DNA of 63,974 nucleotides, the filler included, from Malassezia furfur (lineage: Eukaryota): NCBI GenBank assembly GCA_052055015.1. It is 5 parts of 5 records of this genome, joined end to end, with 100 filler letters (N's around TTAATTAATTAA, not from the genome) between each part and the next. Parts side by side here need not be neighbours in the genome. Positions count along the whole stretch, not along the records: positions 13,988 to 27,846 come from JBQJIT010000297.1; positions 27,947 to 41,796 come from JBQJIT010000298.1; 3 more parts are not named here. One strand, given 5' to 3'. The notes below the pieces were generated by a model. It searched no databases. It saw only the letters and a list, made by a program, of their open reading frames with translations, and was not told the DNA's origin. Below are positions 24,601 to 35,632 of this stretch, one piece after another. Positions within the stretch are counted from its first letter, which is position 1, and each line of letters starts with the position of its first letter. Both the position numbers and the translations under genes were made by a program.

Positions 24601-24778
24601 AACGTCCGCGCTTCTCGAAGCAGCACGAGTCGGCCATACCATGGCGTTTGCAGGGCCCGCACGGAATCGTGCGGTCGCACCGGACCTTGCGCTTGCGACA
24701 CGTTGCGCAGCTCAGTGGCTGGCGATTGCGTCGGCGCACCGGCCGACCGTCGCGCGCGTCCGACTCGGTTCCCGACAT
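21668..24778 (-). CDS. Zn(II)2Cys6 fungal transcription factor
   Basis: CATCRKRKVRCDRTIPCGPCKRHGMADSC and a fungal TF middle domain (AQGMGLHRLG, KRLWWSLVVSDW). Confidence 0.93.
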   Translation of the reverse strand: MSGTESDARDGRPVRRRNRQPLSCATCRKRKVRCDRTIPCGPCKRHGMADSCCFEKRGRSGEIVCQSALSGPPEPKDDVNDIRRRLEYLETLLDQQSRKPTSGVTPTNALPRDSLGNLPDNPIRVHNRTGEQVAEIDPEAEDAALVLEGLTMEGTLAFNQHRGRQAMRRAFDKARSSDSPEARRELANEGVIDPIDYSLTAKHAAELAQCHAAQGDKPLKPELDMGDPLDCPMMSACRSKSLLRLESSTESSLGWGLGWALAAAQEMGQFDVIRDTVDCTKVSSSSTASHVTPERLAVLTAIVRTLPTLEQTELLLDIFERRAQPFTMNVVHIPTLRKEVRMMYSLTTPLCCAKAIDTSDTCWLGVLLMVLNIGLRFREADDEHVNAQLGRFVDQGYAPLWCSATKTCLVLSGFIGSTSLNVLTTIVLLMCQCPRSANHSPAMMRIAISNAQGMGLHRLGDLANQPKPGDGLDYRIRQEIAKRLWWSLVVSDWNCALLSTTPYMIQPHQFNTPMPGNFNNDDLLRSGTQPHPDDVFTEISYALSMMELAKITREHVDMVTRLEMEEATVGKPRRIACDFNITLDGKYHGVLRRASVFSDKMAGRQSEELIEVQRWAFQQNVFDRLLQLHRQALSKKQARNCCVELARRVLSMQRDIRKRSDLGDKLVQNVLQSFNATTLLCLDLLYTPPTAIQRETIRSEIAEGLDGMCRAAHDAGLTPRGIRIIRVLLDEEQKQWDAMQKRGKSGQEPQSRTHLLNMALRVARISRGAEPLLEEDENKPIFQEPEPTITKQRRERERQSQALPESVSAPPPTAAAPATTGAVPYPLNALPPFQPSFSSLDPYQIGPSGIEMPMAQDTPAPANMDFDLQSFLDNFELPNANAATNGSLANQGTSNVVQDNGQQNLDVPMSDASSSGPSSSYSSVPPSFVDSHSPSSYSGSGSGSSHTTTHSPSDNSPPVMDGFWDWMLSQGMQADNGNAISMANFNAPSQSVLGQLPPSPFPTLGLDASALNKPGVASPDGASHPFPSASPLPIFS

Positions 24779-24874
24779 CGTCGAGCGACGACGACGACGC
24801 TCTCCGCCGGCATTGCCACTGGCTGAGTCAGCTCGGCGATTACGTGCTTTTATCTCCGAACTACCTTCGCTGCG

Positions 24875-25582
24875 ATGGGGCAGGAGCGCACGCGCCGTGG
24901 GCAAACGCGCGAGGTACGTGCGGCGGCGCTATTTGCTCACACAGGAATTCGAGCAGCTTCGTGCAACACCCATCAACCTTGCGGAAGCACAAAAACTCCC
25001 CTTGGGGGCCCAGCAGTACCTGGCGGCGCTCGTGCGCGCCGATCCCCACAATGTCAGCGCGATTGTGCCCGTGCCTGAGTACGACGGACACCCCGCATTT
25101 GCCGAGCGGGTCTGGATCCATGTGCAGCTGATGTATGTACCCGACACACGCCCGCCGCTGACCACAGGCAACTCGTGCGCGACCTCAACGTGCCGTGGCT
25201 GCTCGCGCTGCAGGGCACGTGCACCGCCCAGCAGCCCAAGTGCGCCACGATGCACGTCGGCTCGGACGCCTACCTGTGCCCCGTGCACGGCGACGGACGC
25301 TCGTGCACTGCACTCGAGTACATCCATCACGCGCTTGACGCGATCACCAAGCAGCTCGCCTCGCCCCAGGCGTTTCCTCCGGACGCACCTATCCCGCACC
25401 GGAGCGTGCGCCTGTTTGGCGCGGCGTGCAAGCAGATTGCGCGCATATTCTTGCACATCTATCATCACCACCCCGCACTGTTTGCCCAGTGCGAGGCGTC
25501 TTCTGCGCTCTATGCACGCTTCCGGTTGCTGGCCGAGCGCTATGCACTCTTCCCCACCGATACGCTCCCCGTGGAGCCGTGA
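24875..25582 (+). CDS. Mob1/phocein family protein (Mob3/Mob4 type)
   Basis: After splicing introns 24914-24944 and 25133-25167: CATM..YLCPVH..CTALEYIHHALD, IARIFLHIYHHH..F..CE..LYARF. Confidence 0.8.
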
Positions 25583-25606
25583 TATACCCCCCGGATCGAT
25601 CGGGCG

Positions 25607-27846
25607 CTAGTGCGCCGCGGTAGGCACGGCCTGGCTCCGGCCTGCGGTCAGTCCGCCACTCTCAAAACAACACGTACATAGTGGACACGTATTCGAACTC
25701 TGCTCCAGCCACTGGTCCACGCACGCCGCGTGGAACGCGTGATGGCAGTTGAGCACACGACACTCGTCCGCCTCCTGCCACTCTTCGAGGCACACGAGGC
25801 ACTTTTCGCTCGTGTTCTCCGTCACTTTGCCTTCGCGGTACAGCGCCGGGAGCTCGCTCGCACGCACACGCAACAGCCCGCTGCGCGCAATGTCGGCTGC
25901 ACTCGCGGTCTGCGGCTTGCTGCTCATCGCCACCATCGTGCCGAGCAGCTCCATCATAAACATCAAGTCGCGCCCAGCGTCACGGGGGCGCGACGTCAGC
26001 AGCGGGTGGTGGTCATCGTACCGCCCGCCGCTCACAAACAGGATAAAGCGCGACGTGCCCGCCTGGCCATCGTCGCTGCCCATCAGCTGCTCGTCGGCAC
26101 GCAGGCTGCGCACACCCACGAGCACACACGGCGTGAGCGACTCGGCGGTCCGCTCAAAGCGGAACAGCCGGAAAAACGAGAGCTGGCCCCAGCTCAAATC
26201 GCCCTCGCGCCGCGCATGCACCGCCGGATCGGCTTCGGGCGCCGCACGCGGCGGCGCATCGCGCGTCGCTGCGTCGTGGTCGATTTGGAGCACGGCAGCA
26301 CTCAGGTCCTGGATCAGGTCGTACAAGAACCGCTCAAACGTCCCAGGGTCGCCCTGCGTCAGCGGATGGCCTTGCCGCGCGTGCTCAAGCGTAGACAGCA
26401 CGGCGGAGGCCGCCGAGCCCGGGTTGTGTGGCTCGGCCGCCGGCGGGTGCGGCGACGATGGCGAGGATGTATGCAGCGCCTCGCGCATCAGGCGCGAGAT
26501 GGTCGACATCGTCTCGGACTCGGACGGCGCATTGTCCTGCGGAGTTTCGGGGCGCGCCGGCGGCGACAGCGCCGCGAGGTGCTCAAACAGGTCGCTGCCC
26601 AGGCGCCGCGGGCGCGACGGCGACGCGGTGGATGCCGCGGGCGCCGCGGACGCTGCCGAAGCGGGCGTCGCCAAGTTGGCTGTCGAGGGACCCGCCGAGG
26701 GACCCGCGGCAGAGGATGCGGCGGGCGCTGCAGACGTCGCTGCTGCCGCCTCCGAAGGCGCCGCTGTGGACGCCGCGGGCGCTTCCGCCGCGGGCGGCGC
26801 CGTGCTCGGCTCGGAGGCAGCGCGGCGCGGAAGGTCAGGTGCAGGCGTTGTCGCTGTGCCTGCCGCTGCGCCCGCAGCCGCGGCCGCTGCACTTGCGCCG
26901 GCAGCCGCCGGAGGCACATTGCTGACCAATGAGGCGGCCGTTGCGGCCGTTGCGATACGCAGGATCCGGCCGAGCATCTCGCCCTGCTCTTCGAGCGACG
27001 CGACGTGCGGCACACCCGGCTGGGCTTCGGGCGCGGGCGGTGCTTGCCCCGCGGACGTCTGCGTGTCAGTGGCCGGCGCTGTGTCGGTGTCTGCTGTGCC
27101 GTTGGTGCGCGGCGCGCTGCTGTTGGCTGCGGCATCGTTCTGCTGCGCGGCACGCTGTGTGCTATCGCTGGGCGCGGTGCGTGCGACAAGCGCACCCTGT
27201 ACAATCACCGATGTGCCCGAAAGCGATGCAGAGGGTTGTGTGCCTTGGCGTGCGCCACGCGAGGCGCCCAGCACCTCGGAAAGGAGTGTACCAAATGCCG
27301 ACGAAGGGCGCTGCGCACGTTCCATGTTCGGTCCCAAGGTGCCCCGCAGGCTCCTGGGGTCGATCGGGGGATGCGGCGTCGGCGCCGACGTGGGTGTCGC
27401 GCCTGGGCGTGCGGCATCGGCGGCCGGCGCCGCAGACGTGGACGCGGACGTGGACGGGTCGTTGTTGCTCTCCGACTGCGGTGTATCGAGCATGCGGCCC
27501 ACGACGTGCTCGAGGATGCGCATCGTCATGCGGCGCTCGACCGCGAGGGCCGCGTCGGACTCCGTATCGGGTTCGCTTTGAGGCGTGTTGTTGCGCCCCC
27601 ACCGCCGGCGCAGATTGCGCGCCAGTGTGCGGGCAGTGCGGTCATCGTCCTCCTGGTCGTCGCGGCGGAGGCCCAAGCTCCGGCCGAGGCCGAGGCGCCG
27701 GCGGCGTGGGAACGGAGCGGGCGCTTCGCCTTCGTCCGCGCTTTCGCTCTCGTCGCGCGTGCGGCGCTGGCTAGAGCGCTCAGCCGGTGGCGGCGCACGC
27801 TCGCGCGCGTTGCGGGAGTGCGACGCACCCATCACGTCGTGGTCGT
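25607..27846 (-). CDS. C-terminal RING-H2 E3 ubiquitin ligase (5' end lost at gap)
   Basis: CLVCLEEW..CHHAFHAACVDQWLEQSSNTCPLC|R (36-nt in-frame intron near the end). Long Ala/Pro-rich N-terminal part. Confidence 0.85.
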
Positions 27847-27946
27847 NNNNNNNNNNNNNNNNNNNNNNNNNNNNNNNNNNNNNNNNNNNNTTAATTAATT
27901 AANNNNNNNNNNNNNNNNNNNNNNNNNNNNNNNNNNNNNNNNNNNN
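27847..27946. other. Artificial contig spacer
   Basis: N44-TTAATTAATTAA-N44. Confidence 0.98.
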
Positions 27947-29337
27947 TGGAGGTGACGCAGGCGACGGCCGAGGGCGAGGTGCGCCGCATCGAGGCGGCGC
28001 ACGCCACGAGCGACGCACAGCTCGCGCAGCTCGATGCGGAGCTCGCCGAGGTCGATACGCAGAGCGCCGCGGCGCAGCGCGACGTCGACGCGGCGCGCGA
28101 AGAGGTCGATGCGGCGCGCTACGACGCGGATGCCCACAGCGAGAAGCGCGCGGAGCTCGAGGCGCAGCTCGAGGAGCATGCGCGTGCGCTGCGTGCGTTC
28201 CGCAAGCTCGAGGTCGACACGCAGCAGAAGCGCGAGGACCTGCAGCGCCGCGCCGCCGAGCACGAGAAGCAGGTGCTCACGTGGCAGACGCGGCTTGCCG
28301 AGCTTGCACTCCACGACGTGCCGGATGCGCCTGCCGCGCCCGAGGCGGACAAGGAGCCGGCGAGCGAGCCGACGCGCGTCAAGGCCGAGGCGATGGACGT
28401 CGACGTGCCAGAGGGCGCGGCGGACAGCGGGGCCCAAGGCGAGGCCCAAGGCGGGGCCCAAGGCGAGGCCCAAGGCGAGGCGCAAGGCGAGGCCTCCGCC
28501 GACGCCTCCGCCGACGCCTCCGCCGACGCCTCCGCCGACGCCCCAAGCTCCCCTACAGAGCTGCCCGAGCTCGACGAGGCGGCGCTCGCGGCCGTCGACG
28601 TGCGCGCCGCCGAAGCCGCGATCGCCGAGCTCGAGTCGCGCCTCGCCGGCGACACCGTCAACCTCGAGGTGCTCGACGAGTACCGCAAGACCGAAGAGAC
28701 CTTCCTTGCGCGCGCGCGCGACCTCGAGCAGACGACGGCGGCGCGCGACGAGGCGCAGGCCAAGCTCGAGGCGCTGCGCAAGGAGCGTCTCGAGCGGTTC
28801 ATGCACGGCTTCTCGCAGATCTCGCTGAAGCTCAAGGAGATGTACCAGACCATCACGCTCGGCGGCAACGCGGAGCTCGAGCTGGTCGACAGCCTCGACC
28901 CGTTCAGCGAGGGCATCATCTTCAGCGTGATGCCGCCGAAAAAGAGCTGGAAGAACATCAGCAACCTGAGCGGCGGCGAAAAGACGCTGAGCAGCCTGGC
29001 GCTCGTCTTTGCGCTGCACGCCTACAAGCCGACGCCGCTCTACGTCATGGACGAGATCGACGCCGCGCTCGACTTCCGCAACGTGTCGATCATCGCCAAC
29101 ATCATCAAGGAGCGCACGCGTGGCGCTCAGTTCATCATCATCTCGCTACGGAACAACATGTTTGAGCTCAGCTCGCGCCTCGTCGGCGTATACAAGACGA
29201 ACAACTGCACCAAGAGCCTCGCGATCGACAACACCGACCTGCACCGCAAGGACCGCACACCGGCGCGCCACGCGTCGCCGGCGAAGCTCGCCGCGTCGCC
29301 CACCAAGGCGAGCGGGACGCATGCGCCGCTTCTGTAG
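27947..29337 (+). CDS. SMC4: Condensin subunit Smc4, C-terminal part
   Basis: KLKEMYQTITLGGNAELELVDSLDPFSEGI, NLSGGEKTLSSLAL, YVMDEIDAALDFRNVSI, IIISLRNNMFEL. Confidence 0.96.
28432..28541 (+). repeat. Coding 12-nt tandem repeats (AQGE x~5, then ASAD x4) inside Smc4
   Basis: GGCCCAAGGCGA-type units followed by GCCTCCGCCGAC units. Confidence 0.85.
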
Positions 29338-29344
29338 CGCTCCT

Positions 29345-31005
29345 TTAGACGACTTTCGGCGCATGCCGCCGCACAGGCCACACTATGCCCGCCACAACGA
29401 CCAGCGCACTGGCGCCGCCCATCACCAGCGTCGCGAGCCGGTCGCGTTCGAGCGACGCGGCGTGCCGCGCCAGCGCACGGTATGCGGGGCGCAGCGCATC
29501 GTCTGCCAGCGCCCCGAGCGCTGGCGTGAGCAGCGCCGCGGGCGCCGGCACCGCGCCGAGCGCGAGCGCCGGCATGTCGACGCGCAGCGCGCTCTGCAGC
29601 TGGCGCAGCATGCGCTCGGCGGCGAGCACCTTGTTGCCCACGACGCACATCGCAAACTGCTGCACGGGCGCCTGCAGCGGCGTCGCGCCCAGCACGTCGC
29701 GGATCGTGCCCGAGATCACGTCCAGCACGGCATTTAGCGCCGAGAGCGCGCCGGGCACCGCCTCGTTGACGCCGCGCGCCAGCACGGCATTCACCTCGTT
29801 CTGCACCTGCGCGAGCTGCGCGTTCGTCGCGCGCACCACGTCGGCGGCACCGCCGACGAGCGCGGGCGCCGACGCGGCGGGCATGCGCGGGAGCTGCGTA
29901 AGTCGGCGCCACACACCTCATCCAGCCGCCGGCGCATCGCGTGCACCACACCGAGCTCGACCTGCACGACGCCCACATGCAGCAAAAAGAGCGCACCGAC
30001 AAACACGAGCAGGGGACTCGCCAAGGCGGTCCGTGCGCGGTACCGCACCGCCGCCCTTCCGGCGTCCGGCGCCGGCGGGCCCGGGCGCACCCAGCACGCC
30101 CCGCACGCAAGGCCGAGCGCGAGCGCGGCACCGATCGCCGCGGCAAAATACGCACCGTACGCTAGCCGTGCGAGGACCTGCGCGCCGTCGTCAAACGCCG
30201 ACCACGGCACGTCGCGGCACACGCCCGGCGGCGCACGCACCGCCGGACGCGGCGGCATCTGCAGCGCGATGCTGCCGAGGCCCGCGCGAATGTCCTGCTT
30301 GACATTCTGCAGCACGCCGTCAAACGCGTCGCGCGATGCGGCACGCAGCGAGTCGACCGTCGGCAGCTGCACGGAGCGGAACGGCTGCACGAGCGCGGGC
30401 GGCAGCGTAATGTTGCGCAGTACCTGCAGCGCCGCGGGCTCATGCAGCTGCGGCGCACCGACGTGCGTCCCAAACACGCCCAGCACGCCGTTCAGCGTGT
30501 CGGTCGCAATGTCGGCGGCGCCTTGCGCGCCTTGGATGGCCGTGCGCAGCAGCGCTTCGAGTGCCTGCCCGGCGGCACGGACCGCGTCGGCAATCGCCTG
30601 CGTCGCCGCGTCGAGCAGGGCAAGCGAGCCTTGCACCACAAGCTGCACTGTACACACAAATATGGCGCGGTACGACGAGCAGATCCACGCGAGCACCAGG
30701 CCGCCCATGTCGAGGCTGCGTCAGAAACCCACGTACAGGGCCAAGAGGATGCGCGCAAGCGTATGGAGCATCGCCTCGACGACACGCAGCACCTCATTGC
30801 CGATGCTCCATGCCATGTCTTGCGGGAGGCTGCTCACGGCCGCCGCCGCGACGTCGACACGGCGGCACGCGGCCTGCCAGTCCTGCTGCGCGTCGTGCAA
30901 CAGGTCCGTGAGCTGCGTCACACGCTGCTGAGCCGCGACCACCGCATCGTACATGTACCAGGCGGTGACCACCGCGATTCCCAGCCAGTTTAGGACAGTT
31001 CGCAT
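29345..31005 (-). CDS. PRM1: Plasma-membrane fusion protein Prm1
   Basis: Introns at 30716-30736 (21 nt, in-frame stop) and 29894-29916 (23 nt) join three ORFs. Segments SYRAIFVCTVQLVVQGSL and CVVGNKV and the TM layout resemble Prm1. Confidence 0.72.
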
Positions 31006-31113
31006 CGCCGCACGCCCACAGGGGCGTGCCGCGCCCCCCCCCGGCGCGCCTTTATGATGGCCGGTGCGCACCCACACAAAGAACACCCTGACTAAGCACG
31101 TTGAAGGGGGGCC

Positions 31114-31662
31114 ATGGCGTCGAGCCCCGAGCGCGTGCCGCACCTGCCGGCAGAGCGCACGCCACCGCCCACGCGCGATGCGCACCCGAACGTCTATGTG
31201 TACGGCCTGACTGACAAGGTCGATGACCGGCACCTCGATGAGATCTTTGGGCAGTACGGCCGGATCGCGCGTCTTCGTGTGCGAAGAGGTACGTGCGCGC
31301 CTCACCCAGACACGCTGCGGCGCAGCGCAATGCTCCAGTACGACCGCATCGAAGATGCAGAGATGGCCGTCGATCACATGGACGGCGGCCAGATCGACGG
31401 CGTGTACATACGTGCGACGCTCTCCGAAGATCCGCGCCTCGAAGGGCCGCGCATGCCGCCGCGGCGCGCCGAGCGCAGCCCACCCCGGCGCGTCTGGGGC
31501 CGGCCCCAGCGCGACGTTTACGAGCGGTCGCCGGCGCATCCTACGCAGGAAGAGCGGGCTGACTACGACGCGCCGCGCGCCTACATGGACGACCGTGAGC
31601 GGGACAGAGACGAACGCGACGTGTGGGAAGAAAGCGGGCGACGTGCCTACGACGATGCCTAA
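31114..31662 (+). CDS. Single-RRM RNA-binding protein (RNPS1-like)
   Basis: VYVYGLTDKVDDRHLDEIFGQYGRI..AVDHMDGGQIDG and an Arg-rich tail. In-frame 21-nt intron at 31289-31309. Confidence 0.82.
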   Translation: MASSPERVPHLPAERTPPPTRDAHPNVYVYGLTDKVDDRHLDEIFGQYGRIARLRVRRGTCAPHPDTLRRSAMLQYDRIEDAEMAVDHMDGGQIDGVYIRATLSEDPRLEGPRMPPRRAERSPPRRVWGRPQRDVYERSPAHPTQEERADYDAPRAYMDDRERDRDERDVWEESGRRAYDDA

Positions 31663-33085
31663 TCGAAGTCGGTGCCGTGCACATCGGTCATTGTCGATGC
31701 TTCACGTACGAGCGGCATGGCGCGCGGCAGGACAAACTGTGTGAGGCACCCACGTACCTTTTCGTCGTACTCGCGCAGCACCTCGGCGGAGAGCACCTGG
31801 CGGTCACGCACGAGTGCAGCGTACTGCACACCGAGATAGTAGGTTTGCAGCGAGAATGCGCTCATGAGCACGGCGGTCAGCAGCCACGTCGTCCACGCGC
31901 CGAGGCCCAGCGACCCGGCGACGGCCCACCATAGTGCATGCGCGGGCGAGTACAGGCTGCGTCAGCGTGCGACGTACGCAAAGACATAGAGCGGCGCTTC
32001 GAGCACGTCCCAGGCCCGCAGCGTATAGATACGTTCGCGTTTCGGCGGCGCTGCGGGGATGGGCGCCGGCGGCACGAACCATTCCACGACGGGCATTTGC
32101 CGGGCCACAACCAATGCCCAGTCACTGCGTCAGCGGTGCACGTACCGCGCAAGCTCGCTCCAGCTGCGTAGTGCCGGTGGATCGGTCGGTGGCTCTTCGA
32201 GCGAGGCATGGGGGTTCGTGAGCACATCCTGTGTCAGCTGCGCGACCCACTTTTTCTTCGCGGTACCACAGCCGGTACGTGCGTCGCCGGTGGAAGAGCA
32301 GGTACGCGTTGTACACGGCCACGAGAATCAATGCAAGCGAAATCACACGCGACTGGATCAGTCGTGCGACGTACTGCATAGCGCTGTGCGGCCATGCGCT
32401 GAGCCGCAAGCAGGCGGCCCAAGTGCGCCGAGTAGCTCTTGCGGCCGTCGCTGCGCCGGTGCTGCGAAAAGAGGTGCGTCTTCCCGCGCAGCTGGCTCGA
32501 TGGCGCGTACGTCAACGAGACGAACGGGATCGCAAACGAGGAGCCAGGCAGCATGATCTGCGACAGCAGTGACAAGGCATGCAGGGCAATCGCGATCGGC
32601 ACACCGAGCTCAGGCGAGTACACGGCCTGCTCGAGCTCCATCTCGAGGCTCTGCCATCCAGACTGCAGCGAGCTTGAGAGCTGCGCGAACCTGTGTCAGC
32701 ACAGCACGTACCATTCGCGCCCATCCAAGGTCCAGGGCCATGCGGATGCCGGCGGCGCCGGTGCGTGCTCTGCCGGCCGCTCTGCCGTGCGCGCGTACGG
32801 CCGCGCGGGGCTGGCGTACGCACCTTTCCGCTGGAGTGGGGTATGCGGTGTGCGCGGCGTGGATGTCGCGGCAGGCCGCTCGGACGCCGGCCACGCCGAG
32901 GATCGCTCGGGCGACGCTGCACGCGGCGGCGTCGCGAGCACGTCGGCGTGCGCCGATCGGAATGGCGGCCGGCTGCGTGCCCAAGGGGACGCTTCGTGCG
33001 GGATCCGCCGCGCACTGCTCGCGCGCCCGGCGTCGCTCGCACGATCTGCACGTCCGACGCGCTGCTGCGCCAAGTCGCGAACCAT
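31659..33085 (-). CDS. Nur1/Mug154 (DUF2418) nuclear rim membrane protein
   Basis: Multi-intron model giving NAYLLFHRRRTYRLW, YTLRAWD, LYSPAHAL, DRQVLSAEVLREYDEK|FVLPR. Confidence 0.75.
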
Positions 33086-33099
33086 GGGGTATGTGGAGG

Positions 33100-34827
33100 C
33101 TACGGAGCGAGGCGCTGCATGCGCTGTTCGTCCAGCTGCACGGCGTGGGCCCACGCCGCGGGCGTCAGCTCGCGCTGCCCAAACGAGACGGCGACGATAC
33201 GCGCGAGGTTGAGGCACCGCTGCAAGTCCAGCTCCGTGTACGCGTACCGCGGCCCACTCTGCCGGCGCTCGACAAAGTAGTTCTGGATCGGAATCGACAT
33301 CGACTCGGGCACGGTGGCCTGCGCCTGGCGCGCCTCCAGCACGTACGCACGGAACGCGGTGAGTGCTGCAGCCGGCGCAGGGACGCACGTGTCGCCCAGG
33401 CATACATGCTCGCTCTGCAGTGGCACTTGCACGTCGACGGGCAGCAGCGACTTGCCGGTGCTGACCACCACCACGTTCAGGTCCGTGTCAAGCTCGAGCT
33501 CGGAAAAGGGGAATTGGTAGGTGAGTGTGTGGTTCTGGAGCACATTGGCGAGAGCGCGCACATTGCGGACGCCTGCATCCTGCAGCTTGCCCTCACCGAG
33601 GCACACTTCGTCCACGACGACGCAGGTGTTGCGCGGAAGCTGCAGCCGCCCCGCCGACATGCCGGCATCGGTGCTGCGTACGTAGAAGGAGCGGCTCGTA
33701 TCGTTCAGGTTGGCGAGCGTCATGCGCTCCATGACCGCGGCAGACACCAGTGACGCAATAGCGTCAAACAAGCCCAGGTGCGTCGCGGTGCTTTCCACGT
33801 GCGACAGATTCAGCGAGAGCGAACCGACTGCGAGGCCGGGGCGGCGGACTTGACTGGGTGAGCAAAGCACGTACATCTTGGCCAAGAGCGCAAGGAGAAC
33901 AAACTCGGCGGCGAGGACATCGCCCCCGAGGCTCTGCGCGAGGTAGCCGACCACCGCACTACGCGTCTCGTCGAGGCTCGCAAACGCCGGAGGCGCCGTC
34001 AGTGACGCGGTGTGGAGCATCGGCAGGAGCACTGCGTCTTCCTGGACACGGTCAAAGCACAGCGCGTGGATGCATGGCAGCTGGGGCAATGTGTCTTCGG
34101 CGGTGCCCTCGATCGGTAGCTCGGGATTCGGCAAGAAGCTCGTGTCCAACAGGCCAATGACCTCGATGAGCTCGGTGGTATGCAGCTGCTCGGCTCGGTC
34201 GACGTCGGCGAGCTTGACCAGCGCAGTGATGCTCGGCTGCTCGGCAATGGGGCTGCGCTCTGACGCTGTGCGCTTCGCGCGGTTAGGTCCGTTCAGCGCG
34301 AGGCGCGCGAGCGCCGCCGTGACGTCTTCGCTACCGGCCAGCAGCTGATGCACCCACGGCGACTCGCCAGGAATGGAGACGCCACACACCACGAGCCGCT
34401 CGGCCATGTTGTGGGGTGATGCATCCGTCTCCTGTACTGTGTCGAACCGCGTTTCCGCACCGTACAAGCCGCACACGGACGTGTCGTTCGCGCGGAGTGT
34501 GCCTAGGAACAGTTCACAGCCAAACTAGGTAAGCGGTTCACGTACGCCTGTATCTTGGATCATGCAAATCCACCGCACCAACACGCCATTTCTTCGCCCC
34601 TCAGGGCTCTGCGCGAGCTCCAAGAGATTGTCGACGTTGCCTTCGTCTAGGAGAGGGATCTGCGTCAGCGTCCGAAACGTACGCGCATGCGCCTCTCTGG
34701 GTCGCGAAAGAGCTCGCGAAAGTGTGTCTCGACACCGCGCACCGTGTCTGGCAGCGATGGGTGTTGTGCTGGGTTACTTTCGTCACGTACCATAGATCTC
34801 CTGCACGACATCGCGCGGTCGCTCCAT
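33100..34827 (-). CDS. MCM complex-binding protein (MCM-BP/Mcb1)
   Basis: LVRWICMIQDTG, LGGDVLAAEFVLLALL, AGRLQLP..VVVDE..GEGKL..GVRNV. Several 21-24 nt introns (e.g. 34525-34545). Confidence 0.88.
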
Positions 34828-35003
34828 GGCGCACGCGAAGTCGGTCTCGGTGGGCACCATCGCGAGAGTGGAGAAATAATTGCGACGCGCCTGGTGCCTG
34901 CCAGGTGTATCATTGGGAGCTTGCGCCCACTTCCGCGGCCAGACCCACGACGAAGGCCTCGTTTGTTGGTTGCACACTGGCGTCGTAGCTATGCAGCGTC
35001 TAT

Positions 35004-35496
35004 TTAACGAGGTCCCCCCATGTTTTGCTGCTGTGCGGCGGAGGCGGCCTTGATCTTGGCCGCGTCCGAGGGCTTGCCGTGGGGGCCGTACTGCGTAAGT
35101 GTGTGCGCGGCCTACCTTTTCTTGGTAGTCCTTTTCCCTGCGGAAAAGAAGGATATGCGGTTCAGGCGCTGGGCATGAGTTGCGTGCACGTACCATGCAC
35201 TTCGTAGTGCTCCCAACCGAGGCTCTGTGTGATGCCGATCCCCCGCCATTCTGCGTCGGAGAGAATACGGAGCACGCCCGGCTCCTCTGGATCGAAGTAT
35301 GACTTGGGAATCCGCTTCAGGAACGGTTTTGGAAGGATAACGTGTCTGGTATAAGCACCGTTCTTGGCGCGCCGCCACGCGCGCAACCTACCGGTATTCC
35401 CAGTTATCATCGCAGTATTTCTCCGAGTAGTGAATCCTGGATCAGATCATAGACGTACCGCTCGACGTACTCCTCGTACGAAGGCTCGTTCGACAT
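35004..35496 (-). CDS. CKS1: CDK regulatory subunit Cks1/Suc1
   Basis: Five exons give [51 protein letters not shown]. Confidence 0.95.
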
Positions 35497-35632
35497 GGTG
35501 CGCGCTCCAGCACAATTTGCGCGAAACCCTTTGGAGGCGATCCGCGCGACCCTTAACGTGTCATGCACGTGACGTGCAGGGCGGCCCGTGCGGCTGCAGC
35601 CCTGGGACCGGGCGTCGCATCTTGCCACCACA

